This document shows, one piece after another, positions 46,598-55,102 of a stretch of 64,000 bases of DNA (position 1 is its first letter; each line of letters starts with the position of its first letter). The notes under the pieces are model-generated. The model made no database searches, was not told the DNA's origin, and saw nothing but the letters and a program-made list of their open reading frames with translations. Origin of the DNA: a virus (Duplodnaviria > Heunggongvirae > Uroviricota > Caudoviricetes); the IMG/VR virus record IMGVR_UViG_3300046689_000419, one strand, 5' to 3'. The position numbers and the translations under genes were made by a program.

Positions 46598-46893
46598 ACC
46601 TGAGCCCCGTCCAGGATCGGACGGGTCTTCTCGCCCGAGAAGAGAACCGTCTCGATGGTCTCGGTCAGGAACCTCAGCAGACGCTTGAGCTCCTCGCGAT
46701 CAGCGGTGGTCAGACCCAGCTCGTACATCTCGTCCACGGCCATCATCTGGGCATCCCTGAGGTGGATCTGGGCGTGCTTCAGATGCCGCTCGGCCTGGAT
46801 CAGCGCGTTGTCCATGGTGCGCAGGTCCTCCTCGTTGGCGGCCATCAGAGGCAGTTCGGGCAGTCGGACCGCGCCGTGCGGTGATCCCAACAT
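46594..46893 (-). CDS. Hypothetical protein
   Basis: 99 aa. Confidence 0.4.
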   Translation of the reverse strand: MLGSPHGAVRLPELPLMAANEEDLRTMDNALIQAERHLKHAQIHLRDAQMMAVDEMYELGLTTADREELKRLLRFLTETIETVLFSGEKTRPILDGAQV

Positions 46894-47102
46894 GCGTCCG
46901 ACTCGCGAGCCATCCGCCGCGCGGCACGCTCGTTGAGGAGCTTGTCGTAGTCGGACTTGTACATCGCCTTGGTGCCGGTGAGCACGATTGGCTCTCCGGC
47001 GGGCTCCGGGACGTACGGCATGAGCTTGTTGCAGTCCTCACACCGCTGGGCGATTGGTGCCGTAAGCGGCAGGACTTCGTGCGTGCAGATGGTGGTGCTC
47101 AT
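46845..47102 (-). CDS. Zinc-binding small protein (CxxC...CxxC)
   Basis: 85 aa; RBS AAAGGGG. Confidence 0.45.
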   Translation of the reverse strand: MSTTICTHEVLPLTAPIAQRCEDCNKLMPYVPEPAGEPIVLTGTKAMYKSDYDKLLNERAARRMARESDACWDHRTARSDCPNCL

Positions 47103-47137
47103 AGCTGACCCCTTTCAAAGGGCTTGGACATGCAAAA

Positions 47138-47174
47138 AGGCCCCCGACCGGAGGGGTGCTCCGATCGGGGGCCT
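47138..47174 (-). terminator. Terminator-like hairpin followed by the TTTTTGCATGTCC motif
   Basis: 10-bp stem aggcccccga/tcgggggcct; on the minus strand followed by TTTTTGCATGTCCAAG, then the RBS of the next gene. Confidence 0.45.
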
Positions 47175-47285
47175 TCTCGACGGTGACATCTGTGCCACCG
47201 ATTTTGGGGTCGCCGTCACTGGCGACTTGCTATAACTATCCCATATAGGGGTAGGAAATGCAAGTCAAAACACTACATTTCTGGC

Positions 47286-47486
47286 TCAGACTCCCGGGTA
47301 GACCCGCACGTTGTCGTCGTAGGGCTCATCCAGGATCTCGATCGCCATCTCCTGGCAGTCGTTGCTGAACCTCAGCGCCACCACTCCGTGCTGGGCCGCC
47401 TGGACCTTCAGGATCGCCTGGCGGATCGGCTCCTCCTCTCGCTTCATCCATTGGGCCATCCGTAGGCCCTGCTCGTAGGTGATCAC
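47286..47486 (-). CDS. Hypothetical protein
   Basis: GTG start with RBS AGGAGGAG 7 nt upstream; 66 aa. Confidence 0.45.
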   Translation of the reverse strand: MITYEQGLRMAQWMKREEEPIRQAILKVQAAQHGVVALRFSNDCQEMAIEILDEPYDDNVRVYPGV

Positions 47487-47751
47487 CAGGTATCTCCTCC
47501 TGTACGGTGGCCCGGATCAGGGTCACCATCTCCTCGTGGCCGGCCAGCGCTTCTTCCTCGGTGGCGTACCTCATCATCTCGATGCCGGTGAGCCCGCGAT
47601 CATCTGGGTCGTCGCGCTGGTCCTTCGAGAACACCATCGTCTCGAAGATGATCGGCGGACCGGGAGGGAGGAACCGCATGTCCAGCCCGAGCCAGACCGT
47701 ACTGATCCAGTACGGCCCGACCTCGGTGCTGGTCACCCGCTTGTAGTCCAT
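47326..47751 (-). CDS. Hypothetical protein (3' end uncertain; overlaps the next gene out of frame)
   Basis: The first ~88 aa look protein-like; the remainder is Pro/Gly/Arg-rich and overlaps 47286-47486. Confidence 0.35.
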   Translation of the reverse strand: MDYKRVTSTEVGPYWISTVWLGLDMRFLPPGPPIIFETMVFSKDQRDDPDDRGLTGIEMMRYATEEEALAGHEEMVTLIRATVQEEIPGDHLRAGPTDGPMDEARGGADPPGDPEGPGGPARSGGAEVQQRLPGDGDRDPG

Positions 47752-47832
47752 GTCCTCGATCAGCCGAGCCCACTCATCGACCGAGATCGGCTTGCCCTCT
47801 CGGTTGTAGGCGTCGTAGTCACCCAGGACTCA

Positions 47833-48330
47833 TCACTCCCGGTACCACTCTTCGCAGGCGGCCTTGGTGATCGACTCCGCGATCCGCCGGACGCTGGTCG
47901 CGGTGTTGCCACCGCTGAACAGCTGCTCGGCCCAGCCCGGGGTGATGCCCAGCTTGACCTGTGCCAGCATCGCCATCGACCAGAAGTTGCCGTCATCGGT
48001 CTGCACGATGGAGACGGTCTGGTTGGTGTCCTGGTCCATCACCTCGGTGCCGAACATCAGCGCCACGTTGCCGGCCACGCATCGGTAGGTGCCGCAGACC
48101 TGGTTCTGCTCGTCGTGCTTGGTCATCGCCCAGTCACCCTGGTACCACTCCCGCTCCGGGGCGCTCTGGACGTACTTGGTCTGCTCCTCGACCCACTCGA
48201 CCTGCTTCCAGAGCAGGCCCAGATCGAGGTCCTTGATCTCGACGTGCCCGGCGTAGCCGCCGATGCGGTCTCGGTTCTGCGCGATGGCCCGGTCGATCTC
48301 GTCCCGGGTCATCTTGATCGGCTCGTTCAT
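47833..48330 (-). CDS. Paralogue-family protein B1
   Basis: 165 aa; 'QVCGTYRCVAGNVAL' and 'AEQLFSGGNTATSVRRIAESI'. Confidence 0.5.
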   Translation of the reverse strand: MNEPIKMTRDEIDRAIAQNRDRIGGYAGHVEIKDLDLGLLWKQVEWVEEQTKYVQSAPEREWYQGDWAMTKHDEQNQVCGTYRCVAGNVALMFGTEVMDQDTNQTVSIVQTDDGNFWSMAMLAQVKLGITPGWAEQLFSGGNTATSVRRIAESITKAACEEWYRE

Positions 48331-48364
48331 CTGTTTCCCTTCTCTCCTGGTGAAGGGGGCCTGC

Positions 48365-48463
48365 TCATGGCAGCAGGCCCCCGGTGTACATGACCCAGCC
48401 CATCACCACGAAGTCGAGCGCGGTGGCGATGATCAGGATCGTCATCAGCATCTTGTAGAGCAT
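48365..48463 (-). CDS. Hydrophobic micro-protein (32 aa MLYKMLMTILIIATALDFVVMGWVMYTGGLLP)
   Basis: ATG 2 nt after the upstream stop. Confidence 0.25.
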   Translation of the reverse strand: MLYKMLMTILIIATALDFVVMGWVMYTGGLLP

Positions 48464-48465
48464 CC

Positions 48466-48969
48466 TCAGACCAGAGTCAGCTCGTACCCGTGGGCCTCGG
48501 CGATGTCCTGAGCGATCCACTGGATCCGGTTCGCGCTGTTGTCCGCTCGGAACAGCAGCTCGGCCTCGCCTGAGCTGAGCCCCATCACCTCCCGAGCCCG
48601 CTGGCCGATGGTGTGCAGGGTGTTCTGGTCATCGATGCACAGCTCGGTGTAGTAGGTGCCACTGAAGAGGTTGTCGGAACCGCAGTGGAGCACGTCGGTC
48701 GCGCGTACGCCCTCCTCGGACATCACCATCCGGTCCCCGTGCAGGATCACCGCCTGGCCGGCCACACAGCAGCCGGAGGTGCAGAGCACCTGGAACCGCT
48801 GGCTCGCTCCGACGAACTCGTTGAACGCCCTCACCACCTGGTGGGCCAGCCGGCCGTAGCCCCAGTTGCCCTGGGCGTGCCGCCGGCTGCTGGCCGACCG
48901 CTCGGGCCGGTGCTCGTCCATGACCCACTGGATCGTCTCCTGGAACAGGTCGAACTGCTTCTGATCCAT
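48466..48969 (-). CDS. Paralogue-family protein B2
   Basis: 167 aa; 'LCTSGCCVAGQAVIL' and 'AELLFRADNSANRIQWIAQDIAE'. Confidence 0.5.
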   Translation of the reverse strand: MDQKQFDLFQETIQWVMDEHRPERSASSRRHAQGNWGYGRLAHQVVRAFNEFVGASQRFQVLCTSGCCVAGQAVILHGDRMVMSEEGVRATDVLHCGSDNLFSGTYYTELCIDDQNTLHTIGQRAREVMGLSSGEAELLFRADNSANRIQWIAQDIAEAHGYELTLV

Positions 48970-48993
48970 GTCATTCCTTCCTGGTAGTTGTAT

Positions 48994-49254
48994 CTAGAGA
49001 GTGAACTCATCCACGGGGATGGGTCCCACGTAGTGCGTGCAGCCGCAGTAGCGGGTGCGCTTGGTGGACCCGTCGTACAGTTCCCAGTTGCACTTACCAA
49101 AGCCACCACCCATCTTGGCCATGTGGAAGGCCAGGTGGTGCTTGCACCCACAGGTCGCACTCTTCGACTTCTTTCCTCGGGCCATCTTCGTGCCCAGGTA
49201 GAACCCGGCCACCGGCAAGCCAGCCAGCCAGAACACCGTCAGCAGGTCAGCCAT
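48994..49254 (-). CDS. Membrane-anchored Cys/His-rich protein (family C paralogue)
   Basis: 'MADLLTVFWLAGLPVAGFYLG' TM helix; 'CGCKHHLAFH...CGCTHYVGPIP'. Confidence 0.5.
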   Translation of the reverse strand: MADLLTVFWLAGLPVAGFYLGTKMARGKKSKSATCGCKHHLAFHMAKMGGGFGKCNWELYDGSTKRTRYCGCTHYVGPIPVDEFTL

Positions 49255-49537
49255 CGCTGGTGGCCTTGCCGACCAGATCCTCGATCGCCGCGAACACCGC
49301 CGGCGGCAGGTGGTCGATGGCTGCATACACCAGCTCCGGGTCCCTGCTCGGGTCCAGGGTGACCACCGCGTGCATGCCGTCGCACTCCACGGTGATCTGG
49401 AAGCCGGCCTCCACCAGCGCGGGGTGCACCCGCATCGGGTGCACCTGCTTCTCCGGGTGCTCCTGCTGGTAGGCGGTCAGCGCCTCCTCGAGCTTGTCCT
49501 CGCTGATCACCTTGATCGGCTCACGCATCGACATCAC
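49247..49537 (-). CDS. Hypothetical protein
   Basis: 96 aa. Confidence 0.45.
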   Translation of the reverse strand: MMSMREPIKVISEDKLEEALTAYQQEHPEKQVHPMRVHPALVEAGFQITVECDGMHAVVTLDPSRDPELVYAAIDHLPPAVFAAIEDLVGKATSDG

Positions 49538-49889
49538 CGCCCCTCTCGAGTTTCTCCGCCTTCATCAGCAGGTCGGTGACCTCTTGCTGTGTCCTGCCCT
49601 CGCGGTCGTTCCAGCGGATAAACCCCGCCTGCGTGTAGGTCCGCAGGTGAGGCTCGGCGAGCTTCAGCAGATTGACCAGAATGCGTTCCACGCGCCAGCA
49701 GTACCGAGGGTCCTCGATCACCTTGTCCGCGGAGTTGTAGATCGCCCAGCCTTGGCTGTACAGCACGGCACCCAGACCACAGACGTTGCCGTGATCATTC
49801 CGCAGCATGTGCTGAGTCCAGCCGTGATCCTCGATGTACTCGCGGGTCCCTGCAAGGATGTCCGCGTCACTCTTCTGTTCCTCTTCCAT
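49521..49889 (-). CDS. Paralogue-family protein A1
   Basis: 'SDADILAGTREYIEDHGW...GNVCGLGAVLYSQGW...IRWNDREGRTQQEVTDLLMKAEKLERGG'. Confidence 0.55.
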   Translation of the reverse strand: MEEEQKSDADILAGTREYIEDHGWTQHMLRNDHGNVCGLGAVLYSQGWAIYNSADKVIEDPRYCWRVERILVNLLKLAEPHLRTYTQAGFIRWNDREGRTQQEVTDLLMKAEKLERGGDVDA

Positions 49890-49898
49890 GGCTTCCTC

Positions 49899-50255
49899 CT
49901 AGCCGTTGTAGGACTGGGTGGTGGCGCGGAACGCGCCGGCCCAGTGCCACTTGTTGTCCACCCACTGCTCGACCTGGGTGAAGGTCAGATCCACCTTGTC
50001 GTCCTGCTCCCACTCCAGCAGCAGCAGCGCGGAGTCGTACTCCTTCTCGAAGCTGATCGGCTTGGGCAGCTTGTGCAGGAAGTTCAGCCGCGGCTCCTTG
50101 TCCTTCTCCAACCGGGCCAGCTCCTTGGCGACCGCCTTACGGACCTTCTTCCGCCAGTTCTGCACGGCGAGCTTGTACTCCTCGACGTGCTTCTTCCGGT
50201 TCTGCTCCAGGGTTCGGATCAGATCCGTCTTGTTCACTTTGATGCTGTCCATCAT
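49899..50255 (-). CDS. Hypothetical basic protein
   Basis: 118 aa from MMDSIKV. Confidence 0.45.
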   Translation of the reverse strand: MMDSIKVNKTDLIRTLEQNRKKHVEEYKLAVQNWRKKVRKAVAKELARLEKDKEPRLNFLHKLPKPISFEKEYDSALLLLEWEQDDKVDLTFTQVEQWVDNKWHWAGAFRATTQSYNG

Positions 50256-50433
50256 TTCCCTTCGTGAAGGTGATGTAGGTGGGCACACCGCGCAGCATCT
50301 TGCTGGCGTCGAGTGCGTCCATGATTCGTTGGACAGGTTCGTCCCAGCGCCGGGAGAGCTCGCCCAGGGTGACCTGGGCGGGCTCCTCCAGCGCGTCTAC
50401 CATCTCGACCAGCCGCTCGAACGGTCTCCTCAT
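50137..50433 (-). CDS. Hypothetical protein (3' part overlaps 49899-50255 out of frame)
   Basis: The N-terminal ~58 aa are protein-like. Confidence 0.3.
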   Translation of the reverse strand: MRRPFERLVEMVDALEEPAQVTLGELSRRWDEPVQRIMDALDASKMLRGVPTYITFTKGNDGQHQSEQDGSDPNPGAEPEEARRGVQARRAELAEEGP

Positions 50434-50583
50434 GCGCCGCTCTTACCGGGCGGAATGACGCGGGTCCGGTACGGGTTCGGCGTCGGTTCGGGGTAGGTTG
50501 CCTGCACGGCGCGGGCGTCGGTATGGCCCGCGTCGTACCCGTCGTCCCATGCCTCCGCGAGTGCGTCTTTCTCGGCGGGGTGC

Positions 50584-50988
50584 TCACGCATCGGTGTCCC
50601 GGGCGGAGTGACGCGCGGTCTCGCCGTCGTTCCAGTAGTTCAGGCCGTCGAACGTGCCGTTCCCGAGGCGCATGGCGAAGACATCACTCGCCCAGATCAC
50701 CAGGCCGTAGCCCTCCATCGGTCCTCGGACGGCTGCGATGCCGCCGTAGATTCCTGAGAAGTCCAGCTCTGGGTTCGTCTCCAGCCTGGCGACTGAGACC
50801 GCCGCGAACTCCATGCACTCGTCCAGGGTCCTGGCGTCCTTCGTCCCGTTGATCAGGGTCAGGGCTGGCATGAGCCGTTCGACCTGCGCTCGGAGGTGGT
50901 CGTCCTTCAGTAGCGCGTCATGACGGCTGCGGAAGATTTCCAGCCTGGCCTTCGTCATCCCATCGGCATCACTCTCCGACATTGCCAC
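50584..50988 (-). CDS. Divergent member of paralogue family A
   Basis: 'SESDADGMTKARLEIF...ECMEFAAVSVA...LNYWNDGETARH'. Confidence 0.45.
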   Translation of the reverse strand: MAMSESDADGMTKARLEIFRSRHDALLKDDHLRAQVERLMPALTLINGTKDARTLDECMEFAAVSVARLETNPELDFSGIYGGIAAVRGPMEGYGLVIWASDVFAMRLGNGTFDGLNYWNDGETARHSARDTDA

Positions 50989-51184
50989 TCCTCTCTAGCT
51001 TCTCGGCCTTCATGAAGGCGTCCACCGAGGACTGCATGCCCTGGCTGAGGATAATCGCGCCCCTTGCGCAGACCGCGCCGTCGTCGTCCACCAGAACGTC
51101 CTGGCACCAGCCGTTCACTTCGATGTACTCGCGGGCCTCCGCGAGCACGTCGGCGGCAGACTTCTCAGTCACGAACATCGCCAC
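50969..51184 (-). CDS. Paralogue-family protein A2 (short form, 71 aa)
   Basis: 'KSAADVLAEAREYIEVNGW...GAVCARGAIILSQG...FMKAEKLERSGNV'; lacks the middle segment. Confidence 0.45.
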   Translation of the reverse strand: MAMFVTEKSAADVLAEAREYIEVNGWCQDVLVDDDGAVCARGAIILSQGMQSSVDAFMKAEKLERSGNVGE

Positions 51185-51497
51185 TCCTCTCGATCTTCTC
51201 CGCCTTCATGAACAGGTCGGTGACCTCCTCCTGGGTACGACCAACCTGGTCGTTCCAGAGGGTGATCGCACTACGAGGCTTCCAGCCAGTAGCGGCCAGG
51301 AGCTTCTGCTCGATCCGGTACTGCTGGGCGCGTTGCCCTATGACTAGCTCGTGGATATTCCAGCCCTGGCTGTAGATGACCGCGCCTGCCGCGCACACCT
51401 TGCCGGCGTGGTTGTGCAGGGCATGCTGGACCCAGCCGTGCTTCTCGATGTACTCCCGGGCCTCCGCAAGCACATCAGCGTCACTCTTCAACAACAT
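51165..51497 (-). CDS. Paralogue-family protein A3
   Basis: 'KSDADVLAEAREYIEKHGW...GKVCAAGAVIYSQGW...LWNDQVGRTQEEVTDLFMKAEKIERSG'. Confidence 0.55.
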   Translation of the reverse strand: MLLKSDADVLAEAREYIEKHGWVQHALHNHAGKVCAAGAVIYSQGWNIHELVIGQRAQQYRIEQKLLAATGWKPRSAITLWNDQVGRTQEEVTDLFMKAEKIERSGDVRD

Positions 51498-51873
51498 TCC
51501 CGCTCCTCTCCTGCTTCTCAGCCTTCATCAGCACGTCCAGGACCTGCTGCTTGTCGGCGTAGATGTCGTTCCAGTTGGTGACTCGACGGATCGGATCGCC
51601 CGGGAAAGACCGGCGGTAGACCACCTCGAGGATCTTCCGGGACAGCCGCGCCAGGTCGAAGAGGTGCGCATCCTCCACGCCCAGTCCGGTCACTCCGGTG
51701 TACTTCCAGCCTTGGCTGCAGATGATGGCTCCGACCATGCACACCGCCCCGTCGTCGCGCTGGATGTAGCTCGAGGTCCAGTCGTGCTCCTCGACGTACT
51801 CCTGGGCGTCACTGAAGATGTCCGCATCGGTCTTGATGTCGGCCTCAGACTTCGGCTCGTCCATCGACGGCAC
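51481..51873 (-). CDS. Paralogue-family protein A4
   Basis: 'AQEYVEEHDW...GAVCMVGAIICSQGW...NWNDIYADKQQVLDVLMKAEKQERSG'. Confidence 0.55.
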   Translation of the reverse strand: MPSMDEPKSEADIKTDADIFSDAQEYVEEHDWTSSYIQRDDGAVCMVGAIICSQGWKYTGVTGLGVEDAHLFDLARLSRKILEVVYRRSFPGDPIRRVTNWNDIYADKQQVLDVLMKAEKQERSGNVVEE

Positions 51874-52225
51874 CTCCCCGGGCGATCTTCTCGGCCTTCA
51901 TGAAGGCGTCGTAGACCTGCTCGTAATCCCGGTCACAGTCGTCGTTCCAGGCGGTCAGCCGGTTGAGGCCCACGCCCACCTTTCCGGGCAGGTTCTTCTT
52001 GCCAGCAGCCCGCAGGATGAGACCGCTGAGCCGCATGCAGTCATTGACGTGCTCGTGTTCCACGTCGTAGTTGTCCTCATCGACCCAGCCCTGGCTGTAG
52101 ATGATGCCGCCCAGGGCACAGACGTACCCGTCCTCGTTCCTCAGCACGTCCTTGGTCCAGCCGTGCCGATCGAAGTACTCCCTGGCCTCGGCCAGGATGT
52201 CCGCATCGGACTTCTGCTCGGTCAT
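51845..52225 (-). CDS. Paralogue-family protein A5
   Basis: Start MTEQKSD; 'SDADILAEAREYFDRHGW...GYVCALGGIIYSQGW...AWNDDCDRDYEQVYDAFMKAEKIARGG'. Confidence 0.55.
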   Translation of the reverse strand: MTEQKSDADILAEAREYFDRHGWTKDVLRNEDGYVCALGGIIYSQGWVDEDNYDVEHEHVNDCMRLSGLILRAAGKKNLPGKVGVGLNRLTAWNDDCDRDYEQVYDAFMKAEKIARGGAVDGRAEV

Positions 52226-52782
52226 AGCTTCAGCCCCCGGGACTCCGCGATCATGGCGGCCAGGGCCTTGATCGTGGTTGAGGAGTTGTCCCCGTGGAAC
52301 AACTTGAGCGCCTCGGTCTCGGTCAGCCCCAGCACGGCTTGGCCACCATCGGACCAGCTGAGGTGGCCCCACTCGGTGGCCGAGGGATCGACCAGGTTCC
52401 CGTCGTAGCCGACCAGGCTCGGGTCGGTGTACTCCTCGCGCAGCTGGTGGTTGGTCAGCTCATCTGCCGAGCTGACCCCGAACTCTCGGACGCACTGCTC
52501 AGCAGGGAGCTCACCGAGCAGCTCCCCGAGGGTCTTGACTCCACCTGTGGTGTACAGGGCGTAACCACACACGCAGTAGGCGCTGCCGCAGTAGTTCGAG
52601 GTCTGCAGGAACACCGACCAGGAGGCCTGGTTCCAGTGCGGCTCGTTGGGGAGGGGCGTGAAGGCGTGGGCCTGTCGGTCCACCCAGGCCACGCACTCCC
52701 GGAGCAGCTCGATGTTGAGCTTGGGGAGCTCGTCGTACCGGACGCCCACACCATCGCGGACACTGATGACATTGCTTTCCAT
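52222..52782 (-). CDS. Paralogue-family protein B3
   Basis: Start MESNVIS; 'NYCGSAYCVCGYALY' and 'ALKLFHGDNSSTTIKALAAMIAESRG'; bridges the A and B subfamilies. Confidence 0.5.
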   Translation of the reverse strand: MESNVISVRDGVGVRYDELPKLNIELLRECVAWVDRQAHAFTPLPNEPHWNQASWSVFLQTSNYCGSAYCVCGYALYTTGGVKTLGELLGELPAEQCVREFGVSSADELTNHQLREEYTDPSLVGYDGNLVDPSATEWGHLSWSDGGQAVLGLTETEALKLFHGDNSSTTIKALAAMIAESRGLKL

Positions 52783-52795
52783 GGTTCTGTTCTCC

Positions 52796-53698
52796 TTAGT
52801 TCCCCGGCGCTGTACCGGAGACGACGTATGTCGGTTGGAACGGGTTCTGGCCTTGCTGGATGGCTTCGTGGCGCAGGAAGTTCTCCGCACCGCCGTAGCC
52901 GTTGATCTCGGCCCGGGTCTTGGACGCCTCCGCCTGAGCGACGGCGATCTGGGCCCGAGCCTTCGCTGCATCCGCCTGCGCCTGAGCCTCCTGGGCCCGG
53001 GCCTCGGCAGAGGCACTGTTCGCCTTCGCGACCGCCGCCTGCTCGTCGGCGACGGCCTGCTTCAGCTGCTCGTTGGTCGGGTCGGGCTTCTGGATCAGCA
53101 CTGAGAAGTCCTGAAAGAAGTCCCCGCCGGCCTGTCGGGCCACCAGCGGACCGATGGAGGAGGAGACCTCCTTCTCCAGGGCCGCCTTGGTCACTGGGTC
53201 GTTCCACAGCTCGCGCCACTTGTCACCCTGCGCAGCACGGTCCAGCGCCTGGTCCAGCGGCTTGCCGATCACAAAGTTCAGCATCTTGATCCAACCGTCC
53301 GGGAACTCCGAGGACTTCGCCGAGCCATCGAAGGCCGCGTCGAAGCGAGAGCCGATGGACTCGTGGAACTTGCGCAGCGACTTGCAGTCGGTCTTCAACC
53401 GGAAGGTGACCGTGGTCGGCACCCGGAGCTCGGCGTTGTCCGCGGAGACCACCGTGAACGAGGCGGACTCCGCGTCCTGACCACCGGTGGCGTCGTAGCT
53501 GATCTGCCTGGTCGGGTAGCCGAAGTAGTTGTCCCCGGGGTGGAACCCGGTCCGAGTGGACGGGTCCACGCAGTCCACGAACTTCTTCGCGGAGAACTCG
53601 CCGCCGGCGTAGTGGACATCGACCATATCCGGACCGGTAGTCGCGGACGCACAGCCCGCCAGCAGCAACAGCGAGGCGAGCCCGATCAACCACCTCAC
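52796..53698 (-). CDS. Lipoprotein with C-terminal Ala/Gln/Glu-rich coiled coil
   Basis: GTG start; lipobox 'LLLAGC' in 'VRWLIGLASLLLLAGCASATTG'; 300 aa. Confidence 0.5.
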   Translation of the reverse strand: MRWLIGLASLLLLAGCASATTGPDMVDVHYAGGEFSAKKFVDCVDPSTRTGFHPGDNYFGYPTRQISYDATGGQDAESASFTVVSADNAELRVPTTVTFRLKTDCKSLRKFHESIGSRFDAAFDGSAKSSEFPDGWIKMLNFVIGKPLDQALDRAAQGDKWRELWNDPVTKAALEKEVSSSIGPLVARQAGGDFFQDFSVLIQKPDPTNEQLKQAVADEQAAVAKANSASAEARAQEAQAQADAAKARAQIAVAQAEASKTRAEINGYGGAENFLRHEAIQQGQNPFQPTYVVSGTAPGN

Positions 53699-54135
53699 GA
53701 GATCGCTGCCGGCTGGTCGCCGCCATGCACGGGGCAGGCCGGGTTGACCACGGACATCTCCGGGCTCTCCCAGACGCAGATGCAGGTCTTCTTGGCCTGC
53801 TTCTCCTCCGCCTTCGCCTCGGCCTTCTCGATCTGCGCCTTCTGCAGGGCCGTGTCGGCATCGGCGATCTGGTCGAGCAGCAGGTTCGCACCCAGGACAT
53901 CCTCGAACACCTGGATGTTGGTGACCAACCGCCGGACTCGGCTCCGAGCGAACACGAGGGCCTCGTCCGCCTCGGTGAGCGCCTTCAACGCCGCATCGAT
54001 GCAGTCCCGGCAGACCGGGTGGTCCTCGGGGATGTCCTCCCAGAGGACCTTGACCTTGAACTTCTTTCCGCAGAGCCCGAGTACTCGATCTCCGATCAGG
54101 TGCCTCGGGCGGTTGGTGATGTGTGCAGTTTTCAT
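53695..54135 (-). CDS. Cys-containing coiled-coil protein
   Basis: RBS GGAGAGGA; 146 aa with CxxC pairs. Confidence 0.45.
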   Translation of the reverse strand: MKTAHITNRPRHLIGDRVLGLCGKKFKVKVLWEDIPEDHPVCRDCIDAALKALTEADEALVFARSRVRRLVTNIQVFEDVLGANLLLDQIADADTALQKAQIEKAEAKAEEKQAKKTCICVWESPEMSVVNPACPVHGGDQPAAIS

Positions 54136-54407
54136 GGTGAGTCCTCTCCATTGGGAAACAGGTGGTGGTACCGCTCGTGCACCCACTCGCGGTGTCGCTG
54201 CTCGGCAGCAGCCTTGTGAGCCAGGCGCTTCTGGACCTGCTCGGGGGTCTCCGGCTCATCCCAGATCAGATGCCCGCCGGTGACGGTGACCTGGTTGGGG
54301 TCCAGGTCCTTCTCCAGGCAGAAGGCCAGCACCTGCTCGACGGACCAGCCCCGGTACATCGGCTCCATCCGGCGCAGCATCATCGGCTCGGTGCTCTGCT
54401 CACTCAT
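54132..54407 (-). CDS. Hypothetical protein
   Basis: 91 aa from MSEQSTEP. Confidence 0.45.
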   Translation of the reverse strand: MSEQSTEPMMLRRMEPMYRGWSVEQVLAFCLEKDLDPNQVTVTGGHLIWDEPETPEQVQKRLAHKAAAEQRHREWVHERYHHLFPNGEDSP

Positions 54408-54643
54408 TGGTTCTCCGTGTTGGTTCGGGACAGGCGGATCCTGTCGAGGATGATCTGGGACAGCTGGCTGTCGAGCATGTTGTACTCGATGGCCAGGGTG
54501 GACAGGTCGTCGCGCAGGTTGCGGAGCTCGGTGAGCTCCTTGCGTTCTCTCCTGTCCAAGTTGCTGGCGCGGATCCCCCTGGCGATCGCCACTGCCACGA
54601 TGGCGACGATCAGCACCGGGATGAACGCGATGATGACTTTCAT
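54404..54643 (-). CDS. Single-TM membrane protein with coiled coil
   Basis: 'MKVIIAFIPVLIVAIVAVAIARGI'. Confidence 0.5.
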   Translation of the reverse strand: MKVIIAFIPVLIVAIVAVAIARGIRASNLDRRERKELTELRNLRDDLSTLAIEYNMLDSQLSQIILDRIRLSRTNTENQ

Positions 54644-54876
54644 TCCTTCTCCTTGTCGTATTGGTGGATCTCATAGACCGAGTAGGCGCACACCTGGAAC
54701 GCCAGCCAGGCCAGGCACAGAGCAATGGCCCCGACGGGGGTCCCCCACAGGAAGTAGAGGACCCAACCGTCGAAGGCCAGGGCGAGGCTGTTGAAGACCA
54801 GGAAGAGCCACCAGATGTGGTCCTTGCCGACGAGCCAGTCGAAGAGCCTGGTCACCGGGTTCTGGCTATTGGCCAA
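54640..54876 (-). CDS. Two-TM membrane protein
   Basis: 78 aa, Trp-rich hydrophobic helices. Confidence 0.5.
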   Translation of the reverse strand: MANSQNPVTRLFDWLVGKDHIWWLFLVFNSLALAFDGWVLYFLWGTPVGAIALCLAWLAFQVCAYSVYEIHQYDKEKE

Positions 54877-55102
54877 TAACCTCGATCTCCTCCCGAGAGG
54901 TGAACTTCAGCAGCCGGACCGGCTTGCCCAGCTCGGCCGCGATCTTCTCGGCTATCGGCCGGAGCTTCTCGACCATGGCCATGTCGGCTCCCACCATCGG
55001 CAGCCAGCCCGACTCGCTGTAGAACCCGACCACGCCTTCGGTGTGGTCGTCGTCGGTGACCACGAAGGCGTACATCTGATCGATGTGCAGCTGGCCGTTC
55101 AC
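54866..55102 (-). CDS. Hypothetical protein
   Basis: GTG start with GTGA overlap and RBS GGAG; 78 aa. Confidence 0.4.
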   Translation of the reverse strand: MNGQLHIDQMYAFVVTDDDHTEGVVGFYSESGWLPMVGADMAMVEKLRPIAEKIAAELGKPVRLLKFTSREEIEVIGQ

